This document shows positions 31,233-40,533 of a DNA stretch of 64,000 nucleotides, piece by piece. The translations under genes and the position numbers were made by a program. Each line of letters begins with the position of its first letter. Position 1 is the stretch's first letter. Source of the stretch: an uncultured Acidobacteriota bacterium (GTDB lineage: Bacteria > Acidobacteriota > Terriglobia > Acidiferrales > UBA7541); the NCBI GenBank assembly GCA_963715555.1, contig OY970253.1, positions 2,375,426 to 2,439,425 of the forward strand, given 5' to 3'. A model generated the notes under the pieces. That model had not been told where the DNA came from and searched no databases. It saw nothing but the letters and a program-made list of their open reading frames with translations.

Positions 31233-31498
31233 GGGCTTAGTCTAGCTCCAAGCTCGCGAGAATGAAACGAGATCGGGCGGCGGGGCGTCCAAGGGGACAG
31301 GTTGATTGCGCGGGCAATTTGCCGGGGTTACAATGCGCGGCGTTGCGCGGGCCACAGTAGCTTCGCGAGAGTTCAAGAGAGATTCTTCGGGCAAAGACGG
31401 CCCTCAGAATGACAAGACCGGGATTTTTCGGCCAAGGGCCAGAATCGCGGTTCCACAGAAGCGCTGCGAAGTAAGAATTCAAAAGGGGGAGAGAACGC

Positions 31499-32143
31499 AT
31501 GCGAACGAAAGCAGTCCGATGGATCGGGGCTGTAGCGGTATTGGCAGCAGCGAGCGCGGTTCCCGTGCTCGCGCAGGGCCCGCCGCCGGGACGGCGCGGC
31601 GGCGGGATGATGATGGGACCACCGCTGCAATTGAGTTCCTCGGCGTTTCAGGATCTGGGCACGTATCCGGAAAAGTATTCGTGCGCGCCGACCGGAACGA
31701 TGAACCCGGCTAACATGACTTCGCCGCCGCTGGAGTGGAAGAACCCGCCAGCGGGCACGAAGAGCTTCGTGCTGCTGCTGCACGATCCCGACGCGCACGC
31801 GGGGAAGTCGCTGGACGACATCACGCACTGGATCATTTTCAACATTCCGGGAACGGCGACCTCGCTGCCGGAAGGAGTGAAGGCGGACGCGCCGGCAAGC
31901 GTGGGCGTGCAGGGCGCCAACATCGCGCGGCAGCCGGGGTTCTTCGGGCCGTGCGCGCCTCCGGGACCGGCGCACCACTACACGTTTGAGCTGTACGCGC
32001 TGGACACCACGCTGGACCTGAAGGCGGGCGCGAGCCGCGACGACATCATGAAGGCCATGGACGGGCACGTCCTGGGGGGCACGGTGTTGATCGGCATGTT
32101 CGCGCGCAAGCCCGGAGGGGGCATGGGCGGTCCTCCACGGTAA
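31499..32143 (+). CDS. YbhB/YbcL (PEBP / Raf-kinase-inhibitor-like) family protein
   Basis: Signal peptide, then SPPLEWKNPPAGTKSFVLLLHDPDA, HWIIFNIP and HHYTFELYALD, which are PEBP family motifs. Confidence 0.85.
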   Translation: MRTKAVRWIGAVAVLAAASAVPVLAQGPPPGRRGGGMMMGPPLQLSSSAFQDLGTYPEKYSCAPTGTMNPANMTSPPLEWKNPPAGTKSFVLLLHDPDAHAGKSLDDITHWIIFNIPGTATSLPEGVKADAPASVGVQGANIARQPGFFGPCAPPGPAHHYTFELYALDTTLDLKAGASRDDIMKAMDGHVLGGTVLIGMFARKPGGGMGGPPR

Positions 32144-32167
32144 GCAGGACGTAAAAGCGATTCAGCG

Positions 32168-32214
32168 AAAATCCCTCTCTGCTCACGATGGGCAGAGGGG
32201 GATTTTTGTTTTTG
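32168..32214 (+). terminator. Rho-independent terminator of the PEBP gene
   Basis: AAAATCCCTCTCTGC-TCACGATG-GGCAGAGGGGGATTTTTGTTTTT is a GC-rich stem of about 11 bp followed by a T-run, 25 nt after the stop codon. Confidence 0.85.
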
Positions 32215-32295
32215 GGTGCGGGGATTGAGAGCGCTGACGCGCACTAAAACCGCCGTACCGTGGAAACGTGGGTGCGCGACGCCTGGAACAAGAAC

Positions 32296-32366
32296 AAAAG
32301 CAGATCCCTCACCGCCGTTCGCCGAAAACCGGCGACCGGGTTCGGGATGACAACGATATGCAACGC
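32296..32366 (+). repeat. Dispersed repeat family 2, short copy C (AAAGCAGATCCCTC...GGGATGACAAC)
   Basis: It shares the AAAAGCAGATCCCTC head, an internal GC hairpin and the TCGGGATGACAAC tail with 34009-34170 and 34408-34570. Confidence 0.7.
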
Positions 32367-32494
32367 ATTAGCCCGACTCTACACAAAACACGGCGCTCAA
32401 TTCCCTTCCAGCCAATTGGGACCGTTAAAGGGAGCAAGTGAATCGGCTAGGCTGATACGTAGGATGGGTCTGTGAAGCTTCACAATGGCCCTAG

Positions 32495-33858
32495 CAGGGT
32501 GCTGCAAAACGGATGATTTTCGAGATGAGGACGGAGTTCAGGGCAAAGTGGCAGGCGAGCAGGGGGCCGTGTAAAACTTCTCGCAGTCGCATTTTGTCTT
32601 TCGGCACTGCGCCCTGCTCTCGATCCTGTCTATGTAGCGGCCTCCAGATGGGCCAAGCGCAGCAGGTTGAACGCTGCAGCCCACAGGTAGGCTACCTGCT
32701 GAATCTTCCAGCGGCCCACGTGACGCACTTTGCGCAGCCCGCCAGCTTGCTTCATCCAGCCGAACATCTGCTCGATCTTCTTTCGTGCTCGCTGACTCAG
32801 CGCATATCCCTGGGTCTTCATCCGCCGCAGCATGCGGCGGCGCGCGTCTCCTGCGGGACCTTGGCTGATCACGCGCTCCGCGGTGAGCGGCACGTGCGGC
32901 GTGACGTGCAGGTCTTCTTCCAGCGTGCGCAAAAACTCGCCCGCCTCGAATCCGCGGTCGGCACCCACGGTCTTGGGCTTGATGCCGTGCCGCCGCGCCA
33001 AGCGCCGCAACAGCTTTTCCGCCGTGTCTCGCTCGGCGTGCCCGTCAGCCACGGCGATGGCGATGTCCAAGCACAGCCCATGCCGGTTCTCCATCAAGGC
33101 GTGCCCGCTGTGGCAGAGCAGCGCCGCCATGCCCTTGCTCTTCCGCGCCAACCGCGCCTCGGGATCGGTCGTAGACTGATGCGTTTCATTGCGGCGCTTC
33201 TCGCCGCGAAAATCCACCGAAGGATTGCTGCCGTCTTGGGCGGGCGGCTTGTTCACCGGCTCTTCCTTGGGACGAAAACTTTTCAGCGAGGCCCAGGACT
33301 GGATCAGCGTCCCGTCCACGGTGAAGTGATCGTTCGAGGCGTACTGCTCGACCAGCGCGCTGGCCACCACGCGTTCAAAAAACTTCTGCACCAGCCCGTG
33401 CCGCTCGAAGCGCTCGCGATTGTGGGTGAACGCCGTGGCATCCCACACCGCTTGGTCCGCGTCCAGATCGCAGAACCAGCGGTACAGCAAGTTCCAGTTG
33501 ATGGCGTCCACCAGACGCCGCTCCGAGGGAATCGAGTACAGCGCTTGCAGCAACAGCGCCTTCAGCAGCGCCTCCGGCGGAATCCCCGGACGCCCCGTTT
33601 CGCTGTACGCCGCATCGAACACGCGCTGCATCTGCTTCAGCACCTCGTCGGCACGGCGCTTGATCGCGCGCAGAGGATGATCTTTTGGCAGCCGCTCTTC
33701 CGTGTTGGCCACGAAAAACATCGGATTCTGCAATTTGGGATTTCCGCGCACGAAGTGCTCCTGTTTTTCAGAGAATCGCCGCACAAATTGCGGCGTTCAA
33801 GCTTCGTGCAAACTAAACTGCAATCACAGCTCCAAACACGGAGTTTTGCAGCACCCTG
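32495..33858 (-). mobile_element. IS5-family insertion sequence (1364 bp) with 16-bp perfect terminal inverted repeats and a 4-bp CTAG target duplication
   Basis: IRs are CAGGGTGCTGCAAAAC at 32495-32510 and its reverse complement at 33843-33858. CTAG lies at 32491-32494 and 33859-33862. It carries a single DDE transposase ORF. Confidence 0.9.
32630..33784 (-). CDS. IS5-family DDE transposase
   Basis: The N-terminal InsH-like region (LPKDHPLRAIKRRADEVL...PGIPPEALLKALLLQALYSIPSERRLVDAINWNLLYRWFC) is typical of IS5/IS1182-type transposases. 384 aa. Confidence 0.9.
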   Translation of the reverse strand: MRRFSEKQEHFVRGNPKLQNPMFFVANTEERLPKDHPLRAIKRRADEVLKQMQRVFDAAYSETGRPGIPPEALLKALLLQALYSIPSERRLVDAINWNLLYRWFCDLDADQAVWDATAFTHNRERFERHGLVQKFFERVVASALVEQYASNDHFTVDGTLIQSWASLKSFRPKEEPVNKPPAQDGSNPSVDFRGEKRRNETHQSTTDPEARLARKSKGMAALLCHSGHALMENRHGLCLDIAIAVADGHAERDTAEKLLRRLARRHGIKPKTVGADRGFEAGEFLRTLEEDLHVTPHVPLTAERVISQGPAGDARRRMLRRMKTQGYALSQRARKKIEQMFGWMKQAGGLRKVRHVGRWKIQQVAYLWAAAFNLLRLAHLEAAT

Positions 33859-34008
33859 CTAGGAGCGTCCAAGCGGCCGGGCTCGCTCCATTTCTCATGC
33901 TTGCCTGATTCGTCGGCTGCAGGGCCTTCTCGGAGCGCTCAATGAGGCGGAGGCAGTCTTGATTTTGGTTGGATTCCGAGAATCGCGCAGCCGAATTCGG
34001 CGAAAGGC

Positions 34009-34170
34009 AAAAGCAGATCCCTCGTCGTCCCGGTAACGCGCTTCGCGCATCGGGACTCGCTCGGGATGACAACCGTTACGTTGTTGTGCGTATGGCACGC
34101 GGAGAGAATGCAGCGCCAGCGCGGAGTGCGCAACACTCGCACGCTTTGCGAAACGCGCGAAAAGTGCCGT
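34009..34170 (+). repeat. Dispersed repeat family 2, long copy A (about 160 nt)
   Basis: Colinear by eye, with few mismatches, with 34408-34570: AAAGCAGATCCCTCGTCGTCCCGGT(A/G)ACGCGCTTCGCGCA(T/C)CGGGACTCGCTCGGGATGACAACCGTTACGTTGTTG... Confidence 0.8.
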
Positions 34171-34274
34171 GGACGGAAGCGGGAAGACAGCAACTCGCGC
34201 GCTCCAGCGGCGAGGCGGGAAACGGGTGCGAGGGACGAGGGAGCGTGCGGCGGTTGCGTCAGCAGAGGTCGCAT

Positions 34275-34297
34275 GCTGCGCTGAAGCGCAGCGCTAC
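34275..34297 (-). repeat. REP-like element (GTAG head plus hairpin)
   Basis: The plus strand reads GCTGCGCTGAAGCGCAGCGCTAC. On the minus strand this is GTAG plus a 7-bp-stem palindrome, the same design as 28451-28541. Confidence 0.55.
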
Positions 34298-34407
34298 ATC
34301 AAAAACGTGCGAGCGAAAGGCGCCAATCTGGAGATTGGCGCTCCCGGGAACGGAGGAACAGCGCTCGCACCTGTGCAGTGCTCAGGGTAAACGGCACCCG
34401 CAAATAT

Positions 34408-34570
34408 AAAAGCAGATCCCTCGTCGTCCCGGTGACGCGCTTCGCGCACCGGGACTCGCTCGGGATGACAACCGTTACGTTGTTGCGTGCGTGGCACGCC
34501 GAGAGAGTGCAGCGCGGGCGTGGAGCAACCCTCGCAGCCTTTGCGAAAACCGCAAAGAGTGCGGCACCCG
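34408..34570 (+). repeat. Dispersed repeat family 2, long copy B
   Basis: See copy A. The two copies are direct repeats about 400 nt apart, located between ybaB and the IS5 element. Confidence 0.8.
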
Positions 34571-34594
34571 AAAAATTGTCCTGAAAAGCTAAAT

Positions 34595-34921
34595 TTAGAA
34601 GAGGCCGGGGATTTTCATTCCGGCGATGCCGGGCATGCCGCCGGCGAGTTCGGTCACTTGTTTGGAGAGCTCTTCGTCGACGCGGCGGGCCGCCTCGTTG
34701 ACGGCGGCGATCATAAGCTCCTGCAGCATTTCCTGGTCCTTGCCCTTGAAGACTTCCGGGTCGATGCGCACTTCGATCAAGTGCTTTTGACCGTTCATGC
34801 GCACGGTGACCATGCCGCCGCCGGCGGAAGCTTCCACGGAGATTTCGCCGATGCGCTTTTCCAGCTTTTCCTGCGCCTGGCGGAATTGCGAGAGCATTTG
34901 CTGCAGAGCTTTGACTTCCAT
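34595..34921 (-). CDS. ybaB: YbaB/EbfC nucleoid-associated protein
   Basis: LQQMLSQFRQAQEKLE...SAGGGMVTVRMNGQKHLIEVRIDPE is the YbaB family signature. 108 aa. The start is 4 nt after the dnaX stop. Confidence 0.9.
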   Translation of the reverse strand: MEVKALQQMLSQFRQAQEKLEKRIGEISVEASAGGGMVTVRMNGQKHLIEVRIDPEVFKGKDQEMLQELMIAAVNEAARRVDEELSKQVTELAGGMPGIAGMKIPGLF

Positions 34922-34924
34922 GCG

Positions 34925-36874
34925 TTATTCCTCGCCGGGACGCTTTACGTTCGAAATGCGGCCACCGAACTTTTCGAGCATCGCCCGAACGATCGGATCT
35001 TCCTCGAAGCGAGCGCGAAGTTCGGAGCCGCGAGTCGCACCTACCCGGCCGGATTCGATTTTAACACAGACGCGCAACGGCTGGCCCATCACCTGGTGGA
35101 GCACTGTGCGCAAACGTTCCATCGGGTCGCGGGCCTGCAACATTTCGGCGAGCGCGCGGCTTTCGGTTGGGAAAAACAGGTTCAGCTCGTTGCCCTCGAT
35201 CTCCCAGCGCGACGCGTGCTCGACCATGGACCACAAAAATCGCTGGCTCTGCAGCGCGGATTTGATGGCGGCGACTTGCGCGGAAGCCAAATCGCTGCTC
35301 GAATTGTCCGCGGCGCGCGCGACGACGTGCGGAGACGATGGGGGGTTGGGACGATCACCGCGGCCTGTGTGATCTGTGTGATCCGTGCGCTCGGTTTGCA
35401 CAGGTGCTGGCGGCGCGGGCGCGGAGCTGGGAGCGGACGGCGGCGCTACTGATTCTGGTTGCGCAGTGCGGGCCCATGGAGCGGACGGCGCGCTGGCGGC
35501 GCCCGAATCGGTCGATTCGGTTGATTCGCTCGGTGCAGAGGCTTCGGCGGCGGGTGCCATGCGTACGGCCGCGCCGGAAGAGCTCGATGCGGATTGCGCC
35601 GGCGGCACGGAGCGCGCAGGCGCGCTTGCGACGGCGATTGGAGCGGAGGAGGCGGGCGACGTTGATGGCGCTGCCGCGGACGACGGTGCAGCGGACGCGC
35701 CAGAATGTCGAGCGGGATGCGCGGCGCGCGGCGAGTAAGAATTTTCGCCGCGCAGTTCGGCGATGGCTTCTTCGAGCGGCGCAAGGCGCTGCGCGTTGAT
35801 GAGCTTCAGCAAGCCGAGTTCGAGATGCAGGCGCTGATCGGGCTTGCGGCGCAGATCGTCTTCGGTGGCCACGAGGATGTTGAAGAAGCGCGTGAGATCT
35901 TCCTCGGTGAACTGCGCGGATTGCTCGGCCAAGCGCGGGCGCTCGTCGGCAGGCGCGGCGATGAGCGGCGAATCCGAGCCGCAGACGCGCGCGACCAGCA
36001 GATTGCGGAGATGGCGAATCGCCTCGCGGCAGAAATGCTGGAGATTCTGACCGTCGGCGATGAGGCGATGGACGAGCGCGAGCGCGCGTTCGGCAGATTG
36101 CGCGGCGATGGATTCGACGAGATCGTCGAGGACGCTTTCGGCGACGACGCCGAGAAGTTCGCGCACTTGCGCGTTGGTGATAGTGTCGCCGCCGTAGGCC
36201 ATGGCCTGTTCGAGAAGCGAGAGACCGTCGCGCAGGCTGCCTTCAGCGGCGCGGGCCAGCACGGCGATGGCCCCGGTATCGATGGCCAGCTTTTCGGCCT
36301 TGGCGATGTGTTCGATCTGGCCGGCGATTTCCTGAAAGGTGAGCGAGCGGAACTGGAAAAGCTGGGCGCGCGACTTGATGGTTTCGACGAGATCTTCGGC
36401 GCGCGTGGTGGCGAGAATGAAGATCACGCGTTCGGGCGGCTCTTCGAGAGTTTTCAGCAGCGCGTTGGAGGCTTCGTCGGTGAGCTGATGGGCTTCGTCG
36501 AGAATCACGACTTTGTAGCGGCTGGCCGCCGGCGCGTAGCGCACCATTTCGCGGAGTTCGCGGATCTGGTCGATGCCGCGGTTGGAGGCCGCGTCGATTT
36601 CCAGAACGTCGAGCGAAGTACCTGCGGAAATTTCGCGGCAGGAGTCGCAGGTGTTGTCGGGCTCGGCGGTGGGGCCGTTGGCGCAATTGAGCGCTTTGGC
36701 CAGAATGCGCGCGGCAGTGGTCTTCCCCACTCCGCGCACGCCGGAAAAAATGTAGGCGTGGGCGACGCGATTCGACTGGATGGCGTTGGCGAGCGTGCGC
36801 GTGACATGCTGCTGGCCGACAATCTCGCTGAAAGTCTGCGGGCGATATTTGCGGGCGATGACTTTGTAGCTCAT
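34925..36874 (-). CDS. dnaX: DNA polymerase III subunit gamma/tau
   Basis: YRPQTFSEIVGQQHV, Walker A GVRGVGKTT and DEAHQLT, followed by a long Pro/Ala/Ser-rich linker and a C-terminal tau domain. 649 aa. Confidence 0.95.
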   Translation of the reverse strand: MSYKVIARKYRPQTFSEIVGQQHVTRTLANAIQSNRVAHAYIFSGVRGVGKTTAARILAKALNCANGPTAEPDNTCDSCREISAGTSLDVLEIDAASNRGIDQIRELREMVRYAPAASRYKVVILDEAHQLTDEASNALLKTLEEPPERVIFILATTRAEDLVETIKSRAQLFQFRSLTFQEIAGQIEHIAKAEKLAIDTGAIAVLARAAEGSLRDGLSLLEQAMAYGGDTITNAQVRELLGVVAESVLDDLVESIAAQSAERALALVHRLIADGQNLQHFCREAIRHLRNLLVARVCGSDSPLIAAPADERPRLAEQSAQFTEEDLTRFFNILVATEDDLRRKPDQRLHLELGLLKLINAQRLAPLEEAIAELRGENSYSPRAAHPARHSGASAAPSSAAAPSTSPASSAPIAVASAPARSVPPAQSASSSSGAAVRMAPAAEASAPSESTESTDSGAASAPSAPWARTAQPESVAPPSAPSSAPAPPAPVQTERTDHTDHTGRGDRPNPPSSPHVVARAADNSSSDLASAQVAAIKSALQSQRFLWSMVEHASRWEIEGNELNLFFPTESRALAEMLQARDPMERLRTVLHQVMGQPLRVCVKIESGRVGATRGSELRARFEEDPIVRAMLEKFGGRISNVKRPGEE

Positions 36875-36933
36875 GCGATCGGCTCGATTGGGCTGCAGTC
36901 CGCCGGGAGTTGGTTTCGTGATGCGCGGCGATG

Positions 36934-37044
<111 letters not shown>

Positions 37045-37424
37045 ATCGGCAGTTTCTGCCGAAAGTTTTTTCCGCAGCACAACCGCTGGACGGAGTCTAG
37101 CACAGCGCATCCGAGCGCGAAAGCGGGCGGCGGACCGAGACATAGGGACACAACAGTACCCGGCCCCATTCAGGCTGAAGTTGAAAAGGCAATTGTCCGG
37201 TAACCCCGTTTATCGGGAGTTGGGCGAATTGAAATCGCCAACCGCTGCTTCCGGAGAGTGTTTCAAGCGACTTAGCTAACGTGTTGATTGGAAGAACAGA
37301 AAACGCTGCAAACCTTTTCTTCTTAAACCAGTCCAGTACTTGTAGGAAGTCGTTTCGAGATGTGACGAAATGCACCGGGCGCGAGTTTGCGGATTGTGTG
37401 CAGCACGCTTAGCTTTTCAGCGTT

Positions 37425-38849
37425 CTAGGCACCGGGGGACTTTAATGAACGCGATCCGTTCGCGGCCCGTTTTCGTCCCACCGACATCATCATCACGAGG
37501 AGACCAGCAATAATAAGAACGCTCACCCAAGCGCCTGCCGCGAACTTCGCAACGAGCACAACTGCAAGCGTGATTCCGGTCCCCACCGCCCCCCACCCGT
37601 TCACGATCATGTTCCATGTCGTCATGCGCCCTGCGGCCTTTAGCCAATGAGCGACCATCCCCGCTTGAGACAACGTAAACGCGAGGAATGCCCCAACGGC
37701 AAATAGCGGGATCAGCCGGTCGGTAATGCCATGAAACACAATCAGCAAGATCGCCGAGAGGATGGCGACAACGATGATGCCGTGTGAATAGACCAGCCGC
37801 CGGCCTCGGAAAGCGAACCATGCCGGCAGAAAACCGCTCCGGGCGATTTCTTTGCAAAGCCGGGGAAAATCCGCAAAGCCTGTGTTGGCCGAAAACGCCA
37901 GAACCATAAGTACCGATCCCATAGTTACGTAGTAGGACCAGCCCGTGCCCGCCACCGCTGCGACCAGCATCGATAGAACACTCCGGTACCCGGGCTGCCC
38001 CGGGACCGTGGCCGAAATCCGATAAGCCGAAACGAGATAGGCAATTCCGGCCAGCAGCGCGATCAGTATGCCTATGATCGTCAGCTGAGTTCGCTGGGCA
38101 TGCCGGACCGCAGGCTCGCGGAACGCGCGCACTCCATTGCTCACCGCTTCAACGCCGGTAAGCGCAGAGCAGCCGCTCGAAAAGACCAGCAGCAACATCC
38201 AGGGGTTCGCCGCAGTCACGGTGGGGAGTGGCGCCAATGGAGGCATCACAATGGGCGTGGGATGTCCGCCTGCCAAGACCGCCTTGAATAAACCCGCCAG
38301 AATCACGCTGAGCAAAGATCCGACAAAAAGATAAGTAGGAAGCAGGAAAACAAGGCCAGTCTCACGAACCCCTCGCAGGTTCACCAACGTGATGAACGCG
38401 AGAATCCCGACGCATAGGATCACTGTATATGGCTGAAGAGTCGGGACGGCCGACACCATCGCGCCCACGCCGGCCGAGATCCCCACGGCTACGACGAGGA
38501 CATAGTCGATCATGAGGGCCGCGGCTGCCAGCAACCCGGGAAACGTACCCAGGTTTTCCATGGCAACCGTGTAGGAACCGCCGCCGTATGGATAGGCTGC
38601 GATCGTCTGATGATAAGAAAAGCAGACAATTGCAAGGAGCACGATAATGCCAAAACTGACCGGCACGATATATACAATCCCCGCAGCTCCCAACGGGGTC
38701 AGGAGGGTGAGTGCAGCTTCCGGCCCGTACGCCGCCGAACCTAGCGCATCCAACCCGAAGATCGGAATGCCGGCGAGAGTTCCGATTTGCTCGGCTCGCT
38801 CATCCGACGTGTCGAGCGACTTCCCGAGCAAGATATCCAGAAAGGACAC
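37425..38849 (-). CDS. APC-family amino acid/polyamine permease
   Basis: About 12 TM segments. The N-terminus SFLDILLGKSLDTSDERAEQIGTLAGIPIFGLDALGSAAYGPEAAL is typical of a widespread APC permease subfamily. 474 aa. Confidence 0.8.
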   Translation of the reverse strand: MSFLDILLGKSLDTSDERAEQIGTLAGIPIFGLDALGSAAYGPEAALTLLTPLGAAGIVYIVPVSFGIIVLLAIVCFSYHQTIAAYPYGGGSYTVAMENLGTFPGLLAAAALMIDYVLVVAVGISAGVGAMVSAVPTLQPYTVILCVGILAFITLVNLRGVRETGLVFLLPTYLFVGSLLSVILAGLFKAVLAGGHPTPIVMPPLAPLPTVTAANPWMLLLVFSSGCSALTGVEAVSNGVRAFREPAVRHAQRTQLTIIGILIALLAGIAYLVSAYRISATVPGQPGYRSVLSMLVAAVAGTGWSYYVTMGSVLMVLAFSANTGFADFPRLCKEIARSGFLPAWFAFRGRRLVYSHGIIVVAILSAILLIVFHGITDRLIPLFAVGAFLAFTLSQAGMVAHWLKAAGRMTTWNMIVNGWGAVGTGITLAVVLVAKFAAGAWVSVLIIAGLLVMMMSVGRKRAANGSRSLKSPGA

Positions 38850-39105
38850 GCTCCCTCCAGTGCATCCCTCAACTGTACATCCTGAGATAGCAGGAAGCGG
38901 CGGGATAAGTCCTGATAAGTCGGCTTACCGGACATCTGGTCCGAGCGGGTAACAAACTTCCGCTGGGCCTGTTTGTCAGGACATGCGCCGTTTATCGTCA
39001 GAGAAAACTCAGGGCTCTAGCGGACACTTCCCCGCTGGCGCGGCAATTCTTCGCGGACTGTCCTAACAAGGCATGTGATTTCTTGCGGCTCGCTTCTCTA
39101 GCAGG

Positions 39106-39285
39106 TCATTCCGTGGGACGAATCGCTGCGAAATCGCACGTTGCTTCGCATGCGCCGCAATCCGTGCAGTCGTCAGCTTTGACGAAGAGGGAGCCGCTGT
39201 CCGTCTTTTCGATAGCCTCAACGGGACATGCGTCCAGGCAGTGATCGTCTTGCTCGCATAGCTCCTGGTTGATGATGTACGCCAT
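39106..39285 (-). CDS. Small 4Fe-4S ferredoxin (59 aa, below the 60-aa cut-off of the supplied ORF track)
   Basis: Hand translation gives MAYIINQELCEQDDHCLDACPVEAIEKTDSGSLFVKADDCTDCGACEATCDFAAIRPTE. It has a CxxCxxCxxxC cluster motif plus CxxxCP. GGAGG lies 5 nt upstream of the ATG, and the stop TGA is at 39106-39108. Confidence 0.8.
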   Translation of the reverse strand: MAYIINQELCEQDDHCLDACPVEAIEKTDSGSLFVKADDCTDCGACEATCDFAAIRPTE

Positions 39286-39647
39286 AAAACCTCCGTAGCA
39301 AAATCACAAATTACCGCCGCTGCCCGAGCCGGTATGTGACGGTCGTCACGCAAGGCCGTGCTACAGATCACTGTGTGCCGTTCGGCCGGGGACGAGCAGC
39401 ATCTCGTTGGTATCCGCAGGTGGAGGGTAAGTGGGCTCACCAGACGATCCACTCTTGCGAGGTGCAGCTCGAATCGTAAATGAGAATTTCACGGCTCTTG
39501 ATTCGCGCGCTCGATCGTCGCGAATTTTGCGCGCCGGCTCTTACCTCACAGGTTCAAAACCTTCGCGCGGCGTTCTGAGATGGGCTTCCGCGAATTGTGG
39601 AGCGAGGCTTGCGCTCGGCGGTGGCGCATTCTACTCTGTCGGCGCAC

Positions 39648-40349
39648 ATGAATCCTCAATTCGTGGTTCTCGGAGTCATCTGGTACATCGTTTTTCTGCT
39701 TTCCACCACGTGCCATGAGGGCGCGCACGCGCTGGTGGCGCATCTGGGCGGCGATTCGACGGCGTTCCACGGCGGGCAAGTGAGCTTGAATCCTCTGCCG
39801 CACATTCAGCGCGAGCCCTTTGGCACGGTGGTGGTGCCATGGCTCACCTACATTTTGCCTCCGCACTTCATGCTGGGATGGGCCAGCGCGCCGTACGATC
39901 CGGCGTGGGAGCAGCGGCATCCGCATCGCGCCGCGTGGATGGCGCTGGCGGGACCGGCGGCGAATTTTACGCTGGCGGCGATCGCGGCGCTGGCGATTCG
40001 CGGCGGGATCGCGTTTGGAGTTTTCCGAGTGCCTGCCGAGGCGAGCTTCACGCATATGACGGCTGCGGCCATTCCCGGAGCGGCGGGGTTCGCGGCAACA
40101 TTTTTGAGCGTACTGTTCGTGCTGAACGTGCTGCTCGGAACGTTCAATCTGTTGCCGGTGCCACCGCTCGATGGGCACGCCGGAATTACGGCGCTCATGA
40201 GCGAAGAGAGAGCGCGCCGCTTTCTCGACTGGACGCGCAGGCAGGGATTGGGCTTCGCGGGATTGCTGCTGGCGTGGGTGCTGTACGATCAGGTGTTTGG
40301 TTACATTTTCCGCTTCAGCCTGTCTTTGTTGTATCCCGGGTCGTTCTAG
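39648..40349 (+). CDS. Site-2 protease (peptidase M50) family membrane protein
   Basis: HEGAHAL (HExxH) lies in the first TM region and NLLPVPPLDGH (the LDG motif) lies later. ATG at 39648. Confidence 0.8.
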   Translation: MNPQFVVLGVIWYIVFLLSTTCHEGAHALVAHLGGDSTAFHGGQVSLNPLPHIQREPFGTVVVPWLTYILPPHFMLGWASAPYDPAWEQRHPHRAAWMALAGPAANFTLAAIAALAIRGGIAFGVFRVPAEASFTHMTAAAIPGAAGFAATFLSVLFVLNVLLGTFNLLPVPPLDGHAGITALMSEERARRFLDWTRRQGLGFAGLLLAWVLYDQVFGYIFRFSLSLLYPGSF

Positions 40350-40533
40350 CTTCCCATTTTCGTCCACGGTCGGCTGCTTGCCAGATGGTTCAAACGCGCA
40401 CACCTAGCGCGGAAGGAACACGCTCCCGCGGATCGAGTGTACCCGCAAGCATTGCAACTGCTTTGAATTGAACGCTCGGCAGCGGCGGGCCTGTGGCATA
40501 GCAGGTGCAGATCTTCCCGGCGGAGGCGAGGCC

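Noticed and set aside
34009-34570. Possible CRISPR array, suggested by the direct repeats A and B.
   Set aside because: There are only two copies, each about 160 nt long and separated by about 240 nt. The repeats are far longer than CRISPR repeats, and no cas genes are present.
35340-35400. Short tandem repetition (GTGATCTGTGTGATCCGTG) and low-complexity sequence inside dnaX.
   Set aside because: It encodes the TDHTDHT and Pro/Ala/Ser-rich linker of tau. Such linkers are normally variable and low-complexity, so this is not an independent element.
37047-37075. Small hairpin plus T-run (CGGCAG-TTTC-TGCCG AAAGTTTTTT) next to ffs.
   Set aside because: The stem is only 5 bp, and the T-run is on the plus strand where no upstream plus-strand gene exists. 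It is probably incidental.
37097-37375. 92-aa minus-strand ORF between ffs and the APC permease gene.
   Set aside because: It has no SD and no recognisable motif, and its C-terminal half runs into the ffs flank. It may be a decayed remnant, but there is not enough evidence to call a gene.
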